64,000 nt of DNA from a virus. Positions 10,155-20,762 of the stretch are shown piece after piece (position 1 is the first letter of the stretch; every line of letters starts with the position of its first letter). Under the pieces are notes generated by a model, which saw only the letters and a program-made list of their open reading frames with translations, was not told the DNA's origin and searched no databases. Position numbers and translations under genes: made by a program. The stretch is taken from positions 1 through 64,000 of the IMG/VR virus record IMGVR_UViG_3300044940_000489; one strand, given 5' to 3'.

Positions 10155-12680
10155 TTATTCTGTGAGCGGTATCGTGATTGGCAATATCCCGTTCCCTCTT
10201 CGCACAGAAGCCGCAATGGTCATGACAACAGAATCCCCGTTAGGCACAATGTCAATAGCAGATGGGGCGTTAAATCTGGGGTCTGACGCAAAGGATGTGT
10301 TTATTCTGTTAATGATCCCGTCAATATCTAGCTCGGCCATGCTTGATCCTACTTCGACGCCGCCGCCGTATTCTGGATGAAGCAGATTTGTTCCGGCTAT
10401 TGTTGCCATCTTAAGTTTAGCGGCTTGCAGCAGGTTTGTTTTGCCAAATGCCAAATTAGCAAAGCCGTCTGATGTAATGGCAAGATCAAAATTTGAGTCT
10501 AGTAGTAGGTCGATTTTTGAGAACTTTACCATTTCTGGATCATCGTCAATAAATGTAATGGGCCGCGTTTCCAGATTGCTTGCGTCTGGGGAGCCATCCG
10601 CTGGTATGTATACTTGCCGCATGCTATTTATAGTATTTGGCAAATATGCTCGTATTTTTGCATTATCGGCGGTTGTCCAGTTTGCCAGATCAGGTTCGCC
10701 GTCAACTACAATCTGATAATTAGTGGCCGTAATTTTATTAATAGCTTGAATTTTTCTACGAGACGATTTTTGAGTATCGCTCAATAGAAAAATAGTTTGA
10801 TTGATCTGTAGATTGGCATTTGTTGCGATATTAAAAGAATTATTCGATCCGTTAGCGATAAAGTTGTAAGTAAATCCGTCTTCATCAACATAAGGATATT
10901 GCAGGCCGTTTAAGGCGGCGATTTCTTGCCATCTTAATGGTGTACCGAGATAGGCTGCGGAAAGCTCCTCTAGCGTTGACCTGAAGGGGAAGGGCACAGC
11001 AAACTTGCTAACTGGCTTAGTAAAATCTATGCCTGCTGCCTGCGTGCTCCCTTCCCAATAGTCTAGGGCGTTGAGGGCCCTAGATGGATTGCCATTGGCA
11101 TTTTCGTTTGATGACAAGCTGTTTCTCTTACTGCCGTCTGCAATAGATGCCAGTAATTCTGCAATCGCGTCCTGAATGGCATAAAGAATGTCCCACTCTT
11201 CATCGGTCGCGGCCTTAAGAGATATGTCGATTGACAAGGAGTTAGACAGGGCTTGAAGCTCTTCCGCCAAGGCGATATAGTCGCTCTCATCGAGGAGGAG
11301 GGCCGATTCGATAGCTTCCTGCAAAGCATTAATTTGAGAATCGGTGAGAGGGAGTGAATCTATTTCTATTGCATCAGTAAGATCTATGCTGTCTAGCGAA
11401 GAAGACTTCAAAAGCTGCTGCGTGCCTGTACCTGCAAAAGGCAGAGCTGAACCAGATCCGTTAACTGATAGGGCAATGGCCCGCATTTTGCCATCAAATA
11501 GTTTCCTTAGCTCTTCATTTGTTCTGGACAGGGAGTCCCAGTTAGCGGCCACAGAGGTCTGGAAAGAATCTCTAAGGCTTTTAGGGAAATCGGCTATTGT
11601 TTTTGGAATAGAAAGGACTTCCTTTGTTCCAATTATAATATTATTTATGGGACCGTAAATATTGGATTCGACATCCGCACGCGCATTTGAGATAATATTT
11701 TTAAATTTAGACGCGGTTTTCCTGAAGCTTCTAAGTGCATTGAAAAGTCTTCTAGTCGCTCCGATATCTGATCTGATGGCGCCGACGCCCGGATCTACCG
11801 GCGAAACCCCGGATCTTCCTGATATATCGACCGCTGACCATGCGATCATGTTGAGGCTGTACTGGTACTCCATGGGGCTACTAGCGCTTTTTCTGGTTGT
11901 AAATGCTTGGGGAGTAACAAGATAAGTCTGCTTATCTTTCACCATTTCAAATGCCAGCCTGTAGGCCTTGCCTGCAGGACTCTTTTTGAGTTCGGCATAG
12001 CTTTCCAAAAACATTCTGAGCATATGATATTGGAAGTAACCAGTTTGTCTCAGGTCTCCTGATTGCGCAGGGTCTACACTGTTTCTGCCCTGACTTCCTG
12101 AACCTATTTGCCCAAATGCGGAAACCGTATTTTTAACGCTGCTTACGAATGACTGTGCTGCAGAAATAGTGCCAGCAAAAAGAGTCCCGATGATGCTAGT
12201 ATTAGGGTTTTTGGCATCATTTTGCAATCTTCCAAGAAAAATTCCAGTAGTGGCGTTAATATTGATCTGCTTAAGAGGGATTCCATTGTGCTCTTCAAGA
12301 ATCCCAAGGCTAGTTACTGTTACCTTGGAAGCGAACTGTGAATTAATAACTAAATCCTGTGGATTGATTGGAAGCCTAAAGCTTGCTACGGATGCATAGC
12401 CACTGCCAATAACCTGCAGGACATGGAGCACATAAGGAAAATTTTGATTCCAATCTAATCTAGATGTTTCGTTAAACTTTTCTATATTAATGGCCCGGCC
12501 CATAAGGCTTGAAGATATGAAAGTCTGCTGCCCCTCAAGAGACTGTATTTTCCTTATTTGAGAGAGATCATCTCCTTCCAATTTGTTGCCGATACCGACT
12601 CCGCTGGCGAGATCCCTCAGCTGTCTGGGGAGTTGCTCAGTACTAAAAATTTGCTTACTATTAATATTTCCAAAAGGCAT
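10155..12680 (-). CDS. baseplate protein: LysM-like segment plus C-terminal gp25-like domain
   Basis: TLEELSAAYLGTPLRWQEIAALNGL (LysM/gp53-like) and NLLQAAKLKMAT..G..LLHPEYG...DPR (gp25-like). Confidence 0.7.
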   Translation of the reverse strand: MPFGNINSKQIFSTEQLPRQLRDLASGVGIGNKLEGDDLSQIRKIQSLEGQQTFISSSLMGRAINIEKFNETSRLDWNQNFPYVLHVLQVIGSGYASVASFRLPINPQDLVINSQFASKVTVTSLGILEEHNGIPLKQININATTGIFLGRLQNDAKNPNTSIIGTLFAGTISAAQSFVSSVKNTVSAFGQIGSGSQGRNSVDPAQSGDLRQTGYFQYHMLRMFLESYAELKKSPAGKAYRLAFEMVKDKQTYLVTPQAFTTRKSASSPMEYQYSLNMIAWSAVDISGRSGVSPVDPGVGAIRSDIGATRRLFNALRSFRKTASKFKNIISNARADVESNIYGPINNIIIGTKEVLSIPKTIADFPKSLRDSFQTSVAANWDSLSRTNEELRKLFDGKMRAIALSVNGSGSALPFAGTGTQQLLKSSSLDSIDLTDAIEIDSLPLTDSQINALQEAIESALLLDESDYIALAEELQALSNSLSIDISLKAATDEEWDILYAIQDAIAELLASIADGSKRNSLSSNENANGNPSRALNALDYWEGSTQAAGIDFTKPVSKFAVPFPFRSTLEELSAAYLGTPLRWQEIAALNGLQYPYVDEDGFTYNFIANGSNNSFNIATNANLQINQTIFLLSDTQKSSRRKIQAINKITATNYQIVVDGEPDLANWTTADNAKIRAYLPNTINSMRQVYIPADGSPDASNLETRPITFIDDDPEMVKFSKIDLLLDSNFDLAITSDGFANLAFGKTNLLQAAKLKMATIAGTNLLHPEYGGGVEVGSSMAELDIDGIINRINTSFASDPRFNAPSAIDIVPNGDSVVMTIAASVRRGNGILPITIPLTE

Positions 12681-12689
12681 GTTGACCTC

Positions 12690-14201
12690 TTACAGTTCCT
12701 TGTAAAGTCTTGCCAAGTCGCCAACTTGGTAAGTATTGGGAATAGGGCTATCCAGTTTTACCTGATTGGTACCCATAATTTGAATAATAACTCTTTTAAT
12801 GATCGGCTGTGTTTCTGACACAATAAATACTTGGTCACCAGCTAATAGGCCAGTGTTTGACTTAAGTTGAAGTATTGGAGTATCATCAACCGCCGTTATC
12901 TGTCTTGTTAAAAAATATTGGTCATATTCACCAGAAAGCGCAGTATTACTATTTTTTAATTCCGAAAGTGCACCGCTTGACTGTTCTGCAGCATAATATC
13001 TTCTAAGGCTACCTGTTGCGCGGTTAATTCTAAAATTTAGCCATTTATACCTTAAGTAGTACCTGTTTGTTTGATCTGTAGCCGTGAATTCATTTCCAGT
13101 CTGGGACAGTGAGGCTCCTGAGCTAGTGCCGAGAGCCGCTTCGATCTGGGTAATTCTTGTAGGAATAAAAGCAAGTCTAGCTGATACCTCTGCCATTAGA
13201 GGAGCCATGCCTGTAGGGGTATATTTAGCTCCAACGCCAGTATTGGGAAGGGCCTGCCATGTGTCTATTATTGCCTTGGCGTTCTGTACACCGAGCAGTG
13301 CCGTAGCGTTCTGGTTTTTAAACAAAGTTCTCTCTTCTTCATGTCCAGTCAAAGCGGTTATTTGGGCATCTATTTTGCCCTCCCACTCAGTTACCAGAGA
13401 GTTGATAGTATTTGTTATAGTGGTTAGCAGCTCTTGAAATAATGAAGAAGTTAAGTTTTCTCGCTCAGTGGTAGTAAAGGCTGCGACCGTGTTATCTAGG
13501 GTCGGTGAGGATATACCCAAAGCCGAAGGGATGACGCTTGCCACGGTGACTGAGACGGATGGCACGATAGCGGTAACTTGATATAGGCCGCTTGCGGCTC
13601 CGGCATAGGCATAGACCAATTCGCCCACAGCCAATCCAGTAGTAGTAGCAGCTGGGAGTACGGTTCCAGTAGTGGGCCCAGCAGGAAGGGTTCCCGTTGT
13701 TGTAATTAGAGCGGGAGTTCCGCCGGTAATGCCGTTAGATAGCCTAAACTCCATCTGCTGCAATCCTTCAGACACTACGGTATTATTCAGAATATTAAGC
13801 TCTCTGCGTGAGTCGGTTGATGTTGGATGAAATCTGCCCCTTACTCGGTTATTAGTAAAAGGACCGCTTTGAATGAGTGGAATATTATATAAATAAGCGG
13901 GCGTGGGGCTAGTAGGGAAAAAGAAATGCGAGGTTGGAGTTTGAGCAGCGGCTGTGACATCTGTATTAGTGTAGGTGTCGGCCACTTGCCCGTCCATCTG
14001 CCTAGCTTCAGATTCGTACTTATTTACTTGGGTTGAATAGAAGGTATAGAAAATATTATTAGAATTGTCAACCTTCTGAAGCTTCTGCTTCTGCTCGTTA
14101 AAAGAATCCTCTGACTTTGTAAAAGCCTCGTTTTCCGTGGCAATATTGACTTGCCTACGAGTAATGGTCTTTTTATCTTCATCAGAGAATGCTATCGGCA
14201 T
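12690..14201 (-). CDS. virion structural protein (baseplate region), unknown function
   Basis: 503-aa ORF co-oriented and abutting baseplate genes. Confidence 0.6.
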   Translation of the reverse strand: MPIAFSDEDKKTITRRQVNIATENEAFTKSEDSFNEQKQKLQKVDNSNNIFYTFYSTQVNKYESEARQMDGQVADTYTNTDVTAAAQTPTSHFFFPTSPTPAYLYNIPLIQSGPFTNNRVRGRFHPTSTDSRRELNILNNTVVSEGLQQMEFRLSNGITGGTPALITTTGTLPAGPTTGTVLPAATTTGLAVGELVYAYAGAASGLYQVTAIVPSVSVTVASVIPSALGISSPTLDNTVAAFTTTERENLTSSLFQELLTTITNTINSLVTEWEGKIDAQITALTGHEEERTLFKNQNATALLGVQNAKAIIDTWQALPNTGVGAKYTPTGMAPLMAEVSARLAFIPTRITQIEAALGTSSGASLSQTGNEFTATDQTNRYYLRYKWLNFRINRATGSLRRYYAAEQSSGALSELKNSNTALSGEYDQYFLTRQITAVDDTPILQLKSNTGLLAGDQVFIVSETQPIIKRVIIQIMGTNQVKLDSPIPNTYQVGDLARLYKEL

Positions 14202-14204
14202 TTT

Positions 14205-15311
14205 CTATGTACCTACCAAAACAGTGGATGAGCCTGTTACAATATTAGAGACTACTGGAGCGCCGAGATTACCAACGCCTATACAAATACTGACTCCAGC
14301 CACGGCCACTGGAAGTGCGCCGTTTCCTATAAGATTAAGATTGCCCTTAAGCTGCGCTATTCCGTTTGACTCAATAATTGCATTAGTGCCAGCCTTAATC
14401 ATGGCGTTTCCTTGAATCTGTACGTTCCAATTACCGCCTGACTTAACATTCATGTTACCAGTAGACTCTTGTTTTAAGTTGGCCTGTGATGAAAGCTCTA
14501 AGTCGGACTTAGACTTAAAGGACCCCTTGCCGCCAGCATCGATAGCAGTGTCCTTAGCTGAGGATTCTTTGATGTTCCCAGAGGAATTCATGCTGATACT
14601 TTTGGCAGCCTTATCTATTGTAATAGATTCTGCGCCGTTAGTCCACACCGACTTCTTATCTTTTCGGCTGATTTCCCAGCTTTGGTTTTCATTGTCTGAA
14701 ATTTTAATCCCGCCGTCCTTATCAATTTTAATTTTAGTACCGGCGGCTGCGGAATTAGTTTTATTGCCGTCTGCATCGAGTAGGCTATTAAACTCTAAAG
14801 TATATTCGCCGTCTTTATTAATATTAATATTTATTCCATTAAAGTTAAAGTCGTAAAACTGGCCATCGTCTTTTGAGTATTTTTTCTTAAATTGTGGACT
14901 AGTAAGTCCTCCAACAATTACGGCGTTTCCTGCATCTGGCTTCCCATCTATACAAAGCAGTAGTACTTGGGAGCCCTTTACGTAAGTGCCCTTAGCGTCC
15001 TCAGCCGGAACTCCTGGGGCCATAGTTACAGTAAGCGAATTATTTTGAGAGCCAAAAAGATTATGCGCTTTACAGCTTTTATAGACAGAAATATTAATGC
15101 CGACTTTCTGATCTCCGTGGGCAACAAGCACATCGTACTCGATCTGAGTTTTAGTGACTGACCCAGGTTCGTCTGGATACGTAATTCCGATAACATGACC
15201 AATCCTAAGGGCGTAGTTTGATTGCCTAAGGTTAGTTATGTCTATTCCACCTCCAACTTTTAAGTTGGAGGGCACCATTGTTCCGTCATCTAATTCGTTT
15301 GGATTAAACAT
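14205..15311 (-). CDS. baseplate central spike (gp5/gpV-like)
   Basis: OB-fold-like N-terminus (GSQVLLLCIDG....AVIVGGL) followed by a periodic beta-helix-like C-terminus; follows hub gene. Confidence 0.7.
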   Translation of the reverse strand: MFNPNELDDGTMVPSNLKVGGGIDITNLRQSNYALRIGHVIGITYPDEPGSVTKTQIEYDVLVAHGDQKVGINISVYKSCKAHNLFGSQNNSLTVTMAPGVPAEDAKGTYVKGSQVLLLCIDGKPDAGNAVIVGGLTSPQFKKKYSKDDGQFYDFNFNGINININKDGEYTLEFNSLLDADGNKTNSAAAGTKIKIDKDGGIKISDNENQSWEISRKDKKSVWTNGAESITIDKAAKSISMNSSGNIKESSAKDTAIDAGGKGSFKSKSDLELSSQANLKQESTGNMNVKSGGNWNVQIQGNAMIKAGTNAIIESNGIAQLKGNLNLIGNGALPVAVAGVSICIGVGNLGAPVVSNIVTGSSTVLVGT

Positions 15312-17134
15312 TATTTATTACCTGAATTGTCTGTTGCTTTGTTTTTAGATACTAAAGGTTGGCCATTTTCAAGAACGGCTGTATCTGTAAATCCTGGAGC
15401 TATCTGGTCCGGCATATCATCTCGTCTATTGGGCTGCGTTATATTGTAGCTGTCTTTTCCGTCTGCAAGTACTCCATTTGAGAGCTGTATAGTAGTATAG
15501 AAGCCCTTTTGGCCAGTATTTTCTTCTACATTATACACATGGGAAACGCCTTCGATATGAAAAAGCCTGCCGTCAAATTCTAGATTATCGCCGATACAGA
15601 TCGGAAGCTGTATGCCTGGGGTTGTAATGGACCCATTAAGTTTAAGGTGGCCGTTATGGTAGAAGTCCCCTATTAATGCGGTCCAGTCCCTTATGGAGAG
15701 AAGAGTGCTCCCCTTAACGAGGTCCAAATTAGTATTTAGAACTTGCATTTTTACGCCATGACGTGCGATATCTATTCTGTCGTCCGAATAATTCCCATTA
15801 GCTATTTGTGCTTGCATGCTTCTAGCCGGATCAGCGCCAGGATATTCCAGAAGTGCTCCGTATACCTGTACAAAGTTGAATCTCAAGGAATCTGATGTTC
15901 CTATGTTAAATGAGCTAATCGGATAGTCCTCTGCAAGTACCCATCTTGGAAGCTCGGCAAAGGCGGTGTGCTGCTTAATTTTATTTTTAAACTTTTTAAT
16001 AAGCTGCTGGCTTGTAAACGGAATCTGTCTGGCGACTAGCGTCGGAAACAAATCGCCGTTTGCATTAGGCTTGATGGCCACATACATTTCGTTAAGATAG
16101 CTGTTCAAATGTGATTGTATAATTTGCCATATACTCTGACCGCTAAAGCTTTCTGGAAGCGCCAAGTATGCGCCCTTTATAGGTGCCTTACAAAGTGATT
16201 CCCCCTGATTTACAGCAAAAGTGGCATTGGAGGGGAGATACGAATTTTGGTATTTCTGAATACCTATAATGCGCCTTAAAATTTGTGCATATTGAACAGT
16301 AGCTCTGGTTACGGACAACCCGAGCATCTTGGCTACAGATGCAGGAATTATGAAAGCCTCAGATGGGCTTTCTTGTGGACTGGATTTGCCTGGACCGAAG
16401 CCGAGGAAAAGGTTCACAAAAAAGGGCACCAGTTTTTGGGGGCTCAGGATGAGTTCGCCCTTACTCGGTATAAGAGATTTCCATGCGTTAGAAATCCTAG
16501 CTATAAACGCCAAGCCAGATATTTGTTTTTGCAATTCCGAACTTGGTGCATTCGCTCCGTCTGCTGCACCGCCCCTTTCGTTGGGCTGATAAAGTAGCGG
16601 GTTGTAGTATATCTGAGACTGAAATTCAGAAAAGCCCTTAAGTGTGATTAGAAATCTAATCGTCTTAACGCCACTTGGCATCATTCCATAAACTGCTCTA
16701 ACAGAATTGACCCTTCCGACAAACTTAAGGCCTGAGTCGTACTCGTTGGCTTTTTTATTTTCTCTTATCCTGATGCTTAAATCATTCATCTTTTGTCTGT
16801 CATTCAGTAGCCAAATCAGGCAGTGATCGCCTGGCGAAAGAATAGACATATAATTAAGATCTCCGGATGCCAAGGTCATTTCTGCGGATATAATCGGGGA
16901 TGTCTTTGAGGACGCTACGGTAATATTTAATATATCATTAGTCACGACATATTCTACGGAGGCAGTCTTGGACACTGATCTCTTGGCATTAGTCTTTGAA
17001 TCTATGGTGTCACTACCGTATTTAGTATCCTGGTCCCTATAAACTATGAATTTAACAATAGCATTTGGCTGGGATTGATGACTATCCTGATGACTCTGCC
17101 CAATCAATTGTCGCTGCTCATTCTTAAATATCAT
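15311..17134 (-). CDS. baseplate hub (gp27-like)
   Basis: directly downstream of tape measure; KFVGRVNSVR, C-terminal NGSIT.PG....CIGD.L......FHIEGVSH pattern. Confidence 0.65.
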   Translation of the reverse strand: MIFKNEQRQLIGQSHQDSHQSQPNAIVKFIVYRDQDTKYGSDTIDSKTNAKRSVSKTASVEYVVTNDILNITVASSKTSPIISAEMTLASGDLNYMSILSPGDHCLIWLLNDRQKMNDLSIRIRENKKANEYDSGLKFVGRVNSVRAVYGMMPSGVKTIRFLITLKGFSEFQSQIYYNPLLYQPNERGGAADGANAPSSELQKQISGLAFIARISNAWKSLIPSKGELILSPQKLVPFFVNLFLGFGPGKSSPQESPSEAFIIPASVAKMLGLSVTRATVQYAQILRRIIGIQKYQNSYLPSNATFAVNQGESLCKAPIKGAYLALPESFSGQSIWQIIQSHLNSYLNEMYVAIKPNANGDLFPTLVARQIPFTSQQLIKKFKNKIKQHTAFAELPRWVLAEDYPISSFNIGTSDSLRFNFVQVYGALLEYPGADPARSMQAQIANGNYSDDRIDIARHGVKMQVLNTNLDLVKGSTLLSIRDWTALIGDFYHNGHLKLNGSITTPGIQLPICIGDNLEFDGRLFHIEGVSHVYNVEENTGQKGFYTTIQLSNGVLADGKDSYNITQPNRRDDMPDQIAPGFTDTAVLENGQPLVSKNKATDNSGNK

Positions 17135-17143
17135 ATATTATTA

Positions 17144-19459
17144 TTACTCATTTGTTGCCGGTAAAGTGGCAGAAGCTCTGGCTCCGAACGCGCCTCTTGG
17201 TCCGATAGGCTGTGCATTGATTTGTTCAATTTTCTTAGTTAATTTATCAAGAGCGTCTGATAGCTTTTTGACCCCGTCAACTGTAAGATCAACGGCTTGT
17301 CCAAAATCTTTCGTAGCTTCCATTTGTTTATTAAATTCCTCAATATAGGAATCCATGTTAGTCCTAAGGCCCTGGATATCTTTTTCTGTTGCCCCCATGC
17401 CACGGAATCTTGCAGACTCTGCCTTTGCCTCTGCCGTACCGCCTCTTGCTGCAGCTTCCTGTTGAGACTTGAACGCATCTAAATCGGCTCCTGTTGGCTG
17501 ATCCAGTATACCTTCTCTAGTTAGAGCCATTCTGGCAGCTGATGCTGCTTGATCTGGGCTCATTTTATCTTGAGCTACCATGGTCATGGCAACGCCCATA
17601 ATATCCTGCTCTGTTATAGGCTGCCCTCTCTGCTTTTTCTTGCGGAGCGCCTCTATTTTCCCGCGCCCCTCTCTTGAGGTGACCGTTATGCTCTTGCCTG
17701 TCTCCTCAAGCATGGAGCGAAATTGCTCCTGGGCGCCGGGATCGGTAATGCCCAATACTTGCATGCCCTGCTCAGATAGCAGCTCTTCTCTCGACATTCC
17801 ACTAGCAGCAAGCAAAAAGTCTGTGCTATTGATACCCTGTTTCGCCATGAAGCCTTGAATGCCGCGCATTTTCTCAAAGCCTCTGTAGCCGCCCTGATTA
17901 AACATATTGGACAATGCCTGCTGTGCGCTTGCTGCTGCTTCTATAGTTCTGGCGTTAACGTCAGGTCCTACTCCCGACAACATTTCCTGTGCTATTCTGC
18001 CGGATTGGGTGGCAACGCTCTGGCTTTCTTGGTAGGCGGTTACAAGCTCAGTTACGCGCTCAAGAAGTCCTGAGTCTTCAATCCCCTTAGCTAGGCCGGC
18101 TGACATAATTTTTTCTAGATTATCACGCGCTTGCTGGGTGCCGCCTTGGCCTGCAAAGCCCAAGCGTCCGATAGCCTGCTGGGCCCCCTGTTGAGAAAGT
18201 CCTAGCTGAATAGCCGCAAAGGAAGACTGTGTGGCCATGTCGGCTGCGGCCATATTTCCGAATCGGCCTCTAAAACCGAGTGCCATCTGCTGAATCTGCT
18301 GAGGGTCCATCATATTGTTAATCGCAGACATGCGCATGGCAAATCCTGAAGAATCTCCCATTTGCAGCAAGCGATTAGTTTGATATGTTTGCCCCTGCTG
18401 AGCCCTAAACTGATTATAAATATACGGGTCGATCGACTGGGCTTGCGCAATCTGAACGCCCTCTTGAAATTTTGCTAATCTAAAGGATTCCCTGTCTCCA
18501 GGGTTAAGGAAATATTTTGCTGTATTAAGTGCAGAGCTTCCGGCCAGCGCCGCTCCACCAATGCCTATGGCACTGCCTACTATTCCACCGGCTAGTGTTC
18601 CTAATCCGGGAAAAACTGATCCTATAGCTGCACCTACCTTTGCTCCAGTAGCGCCTGCTCCAAGCATTGCTGCAACTCCTCCGGCCAGTCCAGCTACTCC
18701 GGTAAGTGCCCTTGCTGCGTCCTCTTTTGCAAGTTGAGATTTTGCATAGGACATCGCCTTTTCGTCCTGGCGATTTTTTACATTCATTATTGAAGTAAGT
18801 AAGTTCCCCTCGCGTGCTTCTATTTTACGGCCAACTAGCAGGGAGCCCGCTGATCCCGTATACTGTGCGTTAGTGGCCTGCGCTTGCTGAAATGCCCTAA
18901 CGACAGCAGATCCTCCTCCGGCAACTGCAGCTACTAACTGAGCTATGCCCATAGGCCCGCCCAGGGCCGATGAAATGCCTCCGCCTCCGCCTGATCCTAC
19001 CAGCTGCGATAGGCCGCGCACTTCAGACAGTTTCTCCTGTCCCATGCCAACTGCTTGGCTGATGCGAGACTCTTGCTTTTTGATTACGTCCTCTGAAGCA
19101 CCCATTCTTTTTAGGCGATCTAGGGCGCGAATTTTAAGCTCGACTTTTCTTGAGATAGCATCTAGCTGCTTCTCTGACTCTTTTAGATAATCTTTAGCAA
19201 TGTTCTTGGCGGCCTGACTGACTTTATCCCAAGACTTAGATGTTTTAACGCCTATTCGGTCAAGCTCTCGCGACATTTCAAGGATCTTTTTGACTGTATC
19301 ATTGATGCCGCCTGGTGCATTTGGCGAAGAAGCACCTGAACCGCTACTGCCGGTAGCGACTCCACCAGTTTTTTTGGTTAAAGCGTCCTGCATCCTCTTA
19401 ACGTCTTTATCGTCAACTTTAAGCCTAATTAATATATTCTTTACTATATCGTCGGTCAT
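17144..19459 (-). CDS. tail tape measure protein
   Basis: 771 aa, Ala/Gly/Gln-rich helical, glycine-zipper hydrophobic segment; lies between chaperones and hub. Confidence 0.8.
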   Translation of the reverse strand: MTDDIVKNILIRLKVDDKDVKRMQDALTKKTGGVATGSSGSGASSPNAPGGINDTVKKILEMSRELDRIGVKTSKSWDKVSQAAKNIAKDYLKESEKQLDAISRKVELKIRALDRLKRMGASEDVIKKQESRISQAVGMGQEKLSEVRGLSQLVGSGGGGGISSALGGPMGIAQLVAAVAGGGSAVVRAFQQAQATNAQYTGSAGSLLVGRKIEAREGNLLTSIMNVKNRQDEKAMSYAKSQLAKEDAARALTGVAGLAGGVAAMLGAGATGAKVGAAIGSVFPGLGTLAGGIVGSAIGIGGAALAGSSALNTAKYFLNPGDRESFRLAKFQEGVQIAQAQSIDPYIYNQFRAQQGQTYQTNRLLQMGDSSGFAMRMSAINNMMDPQQIQQMALGFRGRFGNMAAADMATQSSFAAIQLGLSQQGAQQAIGRLGFAGQGGTQQARDNLEKIMSAGLAKGIEDSGLLERVTELVTAYQESQSVATQSGRIAQEMLSGVGPDVNARTIEAAASAQQALSNMFNQGGYRGFEKMRGIQGFMAKQGINSTDFLLAASGMSREELLSEQGMQVLGITDPGAQEQFRSMLEETGKSITVTSREGRGKIEALRKKKQRGQPITEQDIMGVAMTMVAQDKMSPDQAASAARMALTREGILDQPTGADLDAFKSQQEAAARGGTAEAKAESARFRGMGATEKDIQGLRTNMDSYIEEFNKQMEATKDFGQAVDLTVDGVKKLSDALDKLTKKIEQINAQPIGPRGAFGARASATLPATNE

Positions 19460-19932
19460 TCTTCGCTCTTCTTATCTTCCTGATTTATTATTTCGCCGAT
19501 CTTATTAAGCTTATCACTGAAGTTCTTTACAAACTCATCAGTTTTGGCGACTAGCTCTGCCTCCGCTTTAGCCTTCTTAGCGGCTTCCTGCTTCCTAAGC
19601 ATTTCGTTCTGCATAGCTATCCATGACTCATCGTCAAGTGCTTCCTGCTCCGACTTAAGCTTTTTAATGTCTCCTGAAAGTACGGGCAGCCATTTATTAT
19701 AAAGCTCTTCTTGGTGCTCCTGTAACTGCTCAGGCGATAGCCCTTCCATCATGTCTTCAAAATAATAAAGGGCCACCTCTTGCGGCGTCAACTCTTCATA
19801 AACTTTTTTTAGAGGAGTATGGTAGGTCCTTGAGTAGTAGCGATAGCAGGTCTCAATGAACCTGGCAACGGTTTCGCTCTTTACATTATGTAGAGCTATT
19901 TTTTTAAGATTTTGAAGGTCCTTCAACAACAT
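19456..19932 (-). CDS. tail assembly chaperone (second ORF)
   Basis: immediately upstream of tape measure; acidic/helical. Confidence 0.55.
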   Translation of the reverse strand: MLLKDLQNLKKIALHNVKSETVARFIETCYRYYSRTYHTPLKKVYEELTPQEVALYYFEDMMEGLSPEQLQEHQEELYNKWLPVLSGDIKKLKSEQEALDDESWIAMQNEMLRKQEAAKKAKAEAELVAKTDEFVKNFSDKLNKIGEIINQEDKKSEE

Positions 19933-20311
19933 TTTCTGCGTCTACCTGATTTGCCTGTTCTTCTAGCCTTTTTGACCAGTCCTGCTCGGCCTCGTTACAT
20001 TTAATTAATAGCTGATAGAGAGGTTCACGGTCGATAAGGAGCTGACCGTATCTTGTGCCATTCCACCACTCTGGGCCATCAACAATACGAACAGAAAGCT
20101 CTGCAATCGTAGAGGCCCTGAGCTTGGCATCTTCAGATGTGTCACTTGTAGTTCTTGGGAGAAGTTGGGAGTACATTCGCTCAATAGCAATCACGTCTGC
20201 GTGAGTAAGCACCGCCTTAATCCTAAAGGTCCCCATAAACCTAGATTTAGTTTTTTCACCAATAACATCCAATACAATGGACATTATTGTGTCAGGAATT
20301 TTACCTATCAT
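19904..20311 (-). CDS. tail assembly chaperone
   Basis: GGAG RBS; IAELSVRIVDGPEWW motif typical of myovirus tail chaperones; position. Confidence 0.65.
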   Translation of the reverse strand: MIGKIPDTIMSIVLDVIGEKTKSRFMGTFRIKAVLTHADVIAIERMYSQLLPRTTSDTSEDAKLRASTIAELSVRIVDGPEWWNGTRYGQLLIDREPLYQLLIKCNEAEQDWSKRLEEQANQVDAENVVEGPSKS

Positions 20312-20377
20312 TTTCTCCTCAATTTTAAGGGTTTTATAGAGGGGCTCAGGGCCAAGGAAGTGTGGGGGTATATTTAT

Positions 20378-20410
20378 ATTAAGTTTTAGGCTTAACTATT
20401 TGATTTTATT
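20378..20410 (-). promoter_or_regulatory. putative late promoter (IHF consensus + AACTTAAT)
   Basis: minus strand AATCAAATAGTTA-N7-AACTTAAT upstream of 20311. Confidence 0.7.
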
Positions 20411-20446
20411 AATATTTTATATGTTTTATTTTAATAAAAATAATAG

Positions 20447-20476
20447 TTGGCAAACAATAAAAATAGATGGTATTAT
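20447..20476 (+). promoter_or_regulatory. sigma70-type early promoter
   Basis: TTGGCA-N18-TATTAT at the head of the plus-strand island. Confidence 0.5.
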
Positions 20477-20762
20477 TATAAGGTCAAAAGAAAACTCATG
20501 CCTTTAGGCGTGGGATGGATTTTGAAACAAGGTAATATATAATAAGTTTCTTCAAAGTGATGCATAAATTAGTGACAGAGAAACAAATCACTAATTTATG
20601 CATTGAAGACAAAAGTCTTCAATATAATGAAGAATGTTGTATTAAAACAACAACTTGGTGGAGAGGGCAGCCTATCAAGTATAAATAAAGCCTGTGGAGC
20701 GATCAACGGTAGTTGGAGCAATGAAGCAGGAACCCCATGACTTTAGTCGTGGGAGCTGTCAG
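20477..20762 (+). mobile_element. non-autonomous IS200/IS605 (IS1341-type) miniature element with omegaRNA-type 3' end
   Basis: preceded by TTAT; left and right subterminal hairpins (CATG.CTTTAG.CGTGGG); 3' ~110 nt nearly identical to the end of tnpB element 36371-37639; ends GCTGTCAG. Confidence 0.9.

Noticed and set aside
3787-19508. Numerous short plus-strand and alternate-frame ORFs over baseplate and tape-measure genes
   Set aside because: Shadows of long structural genes, with no recognisable protein motifs
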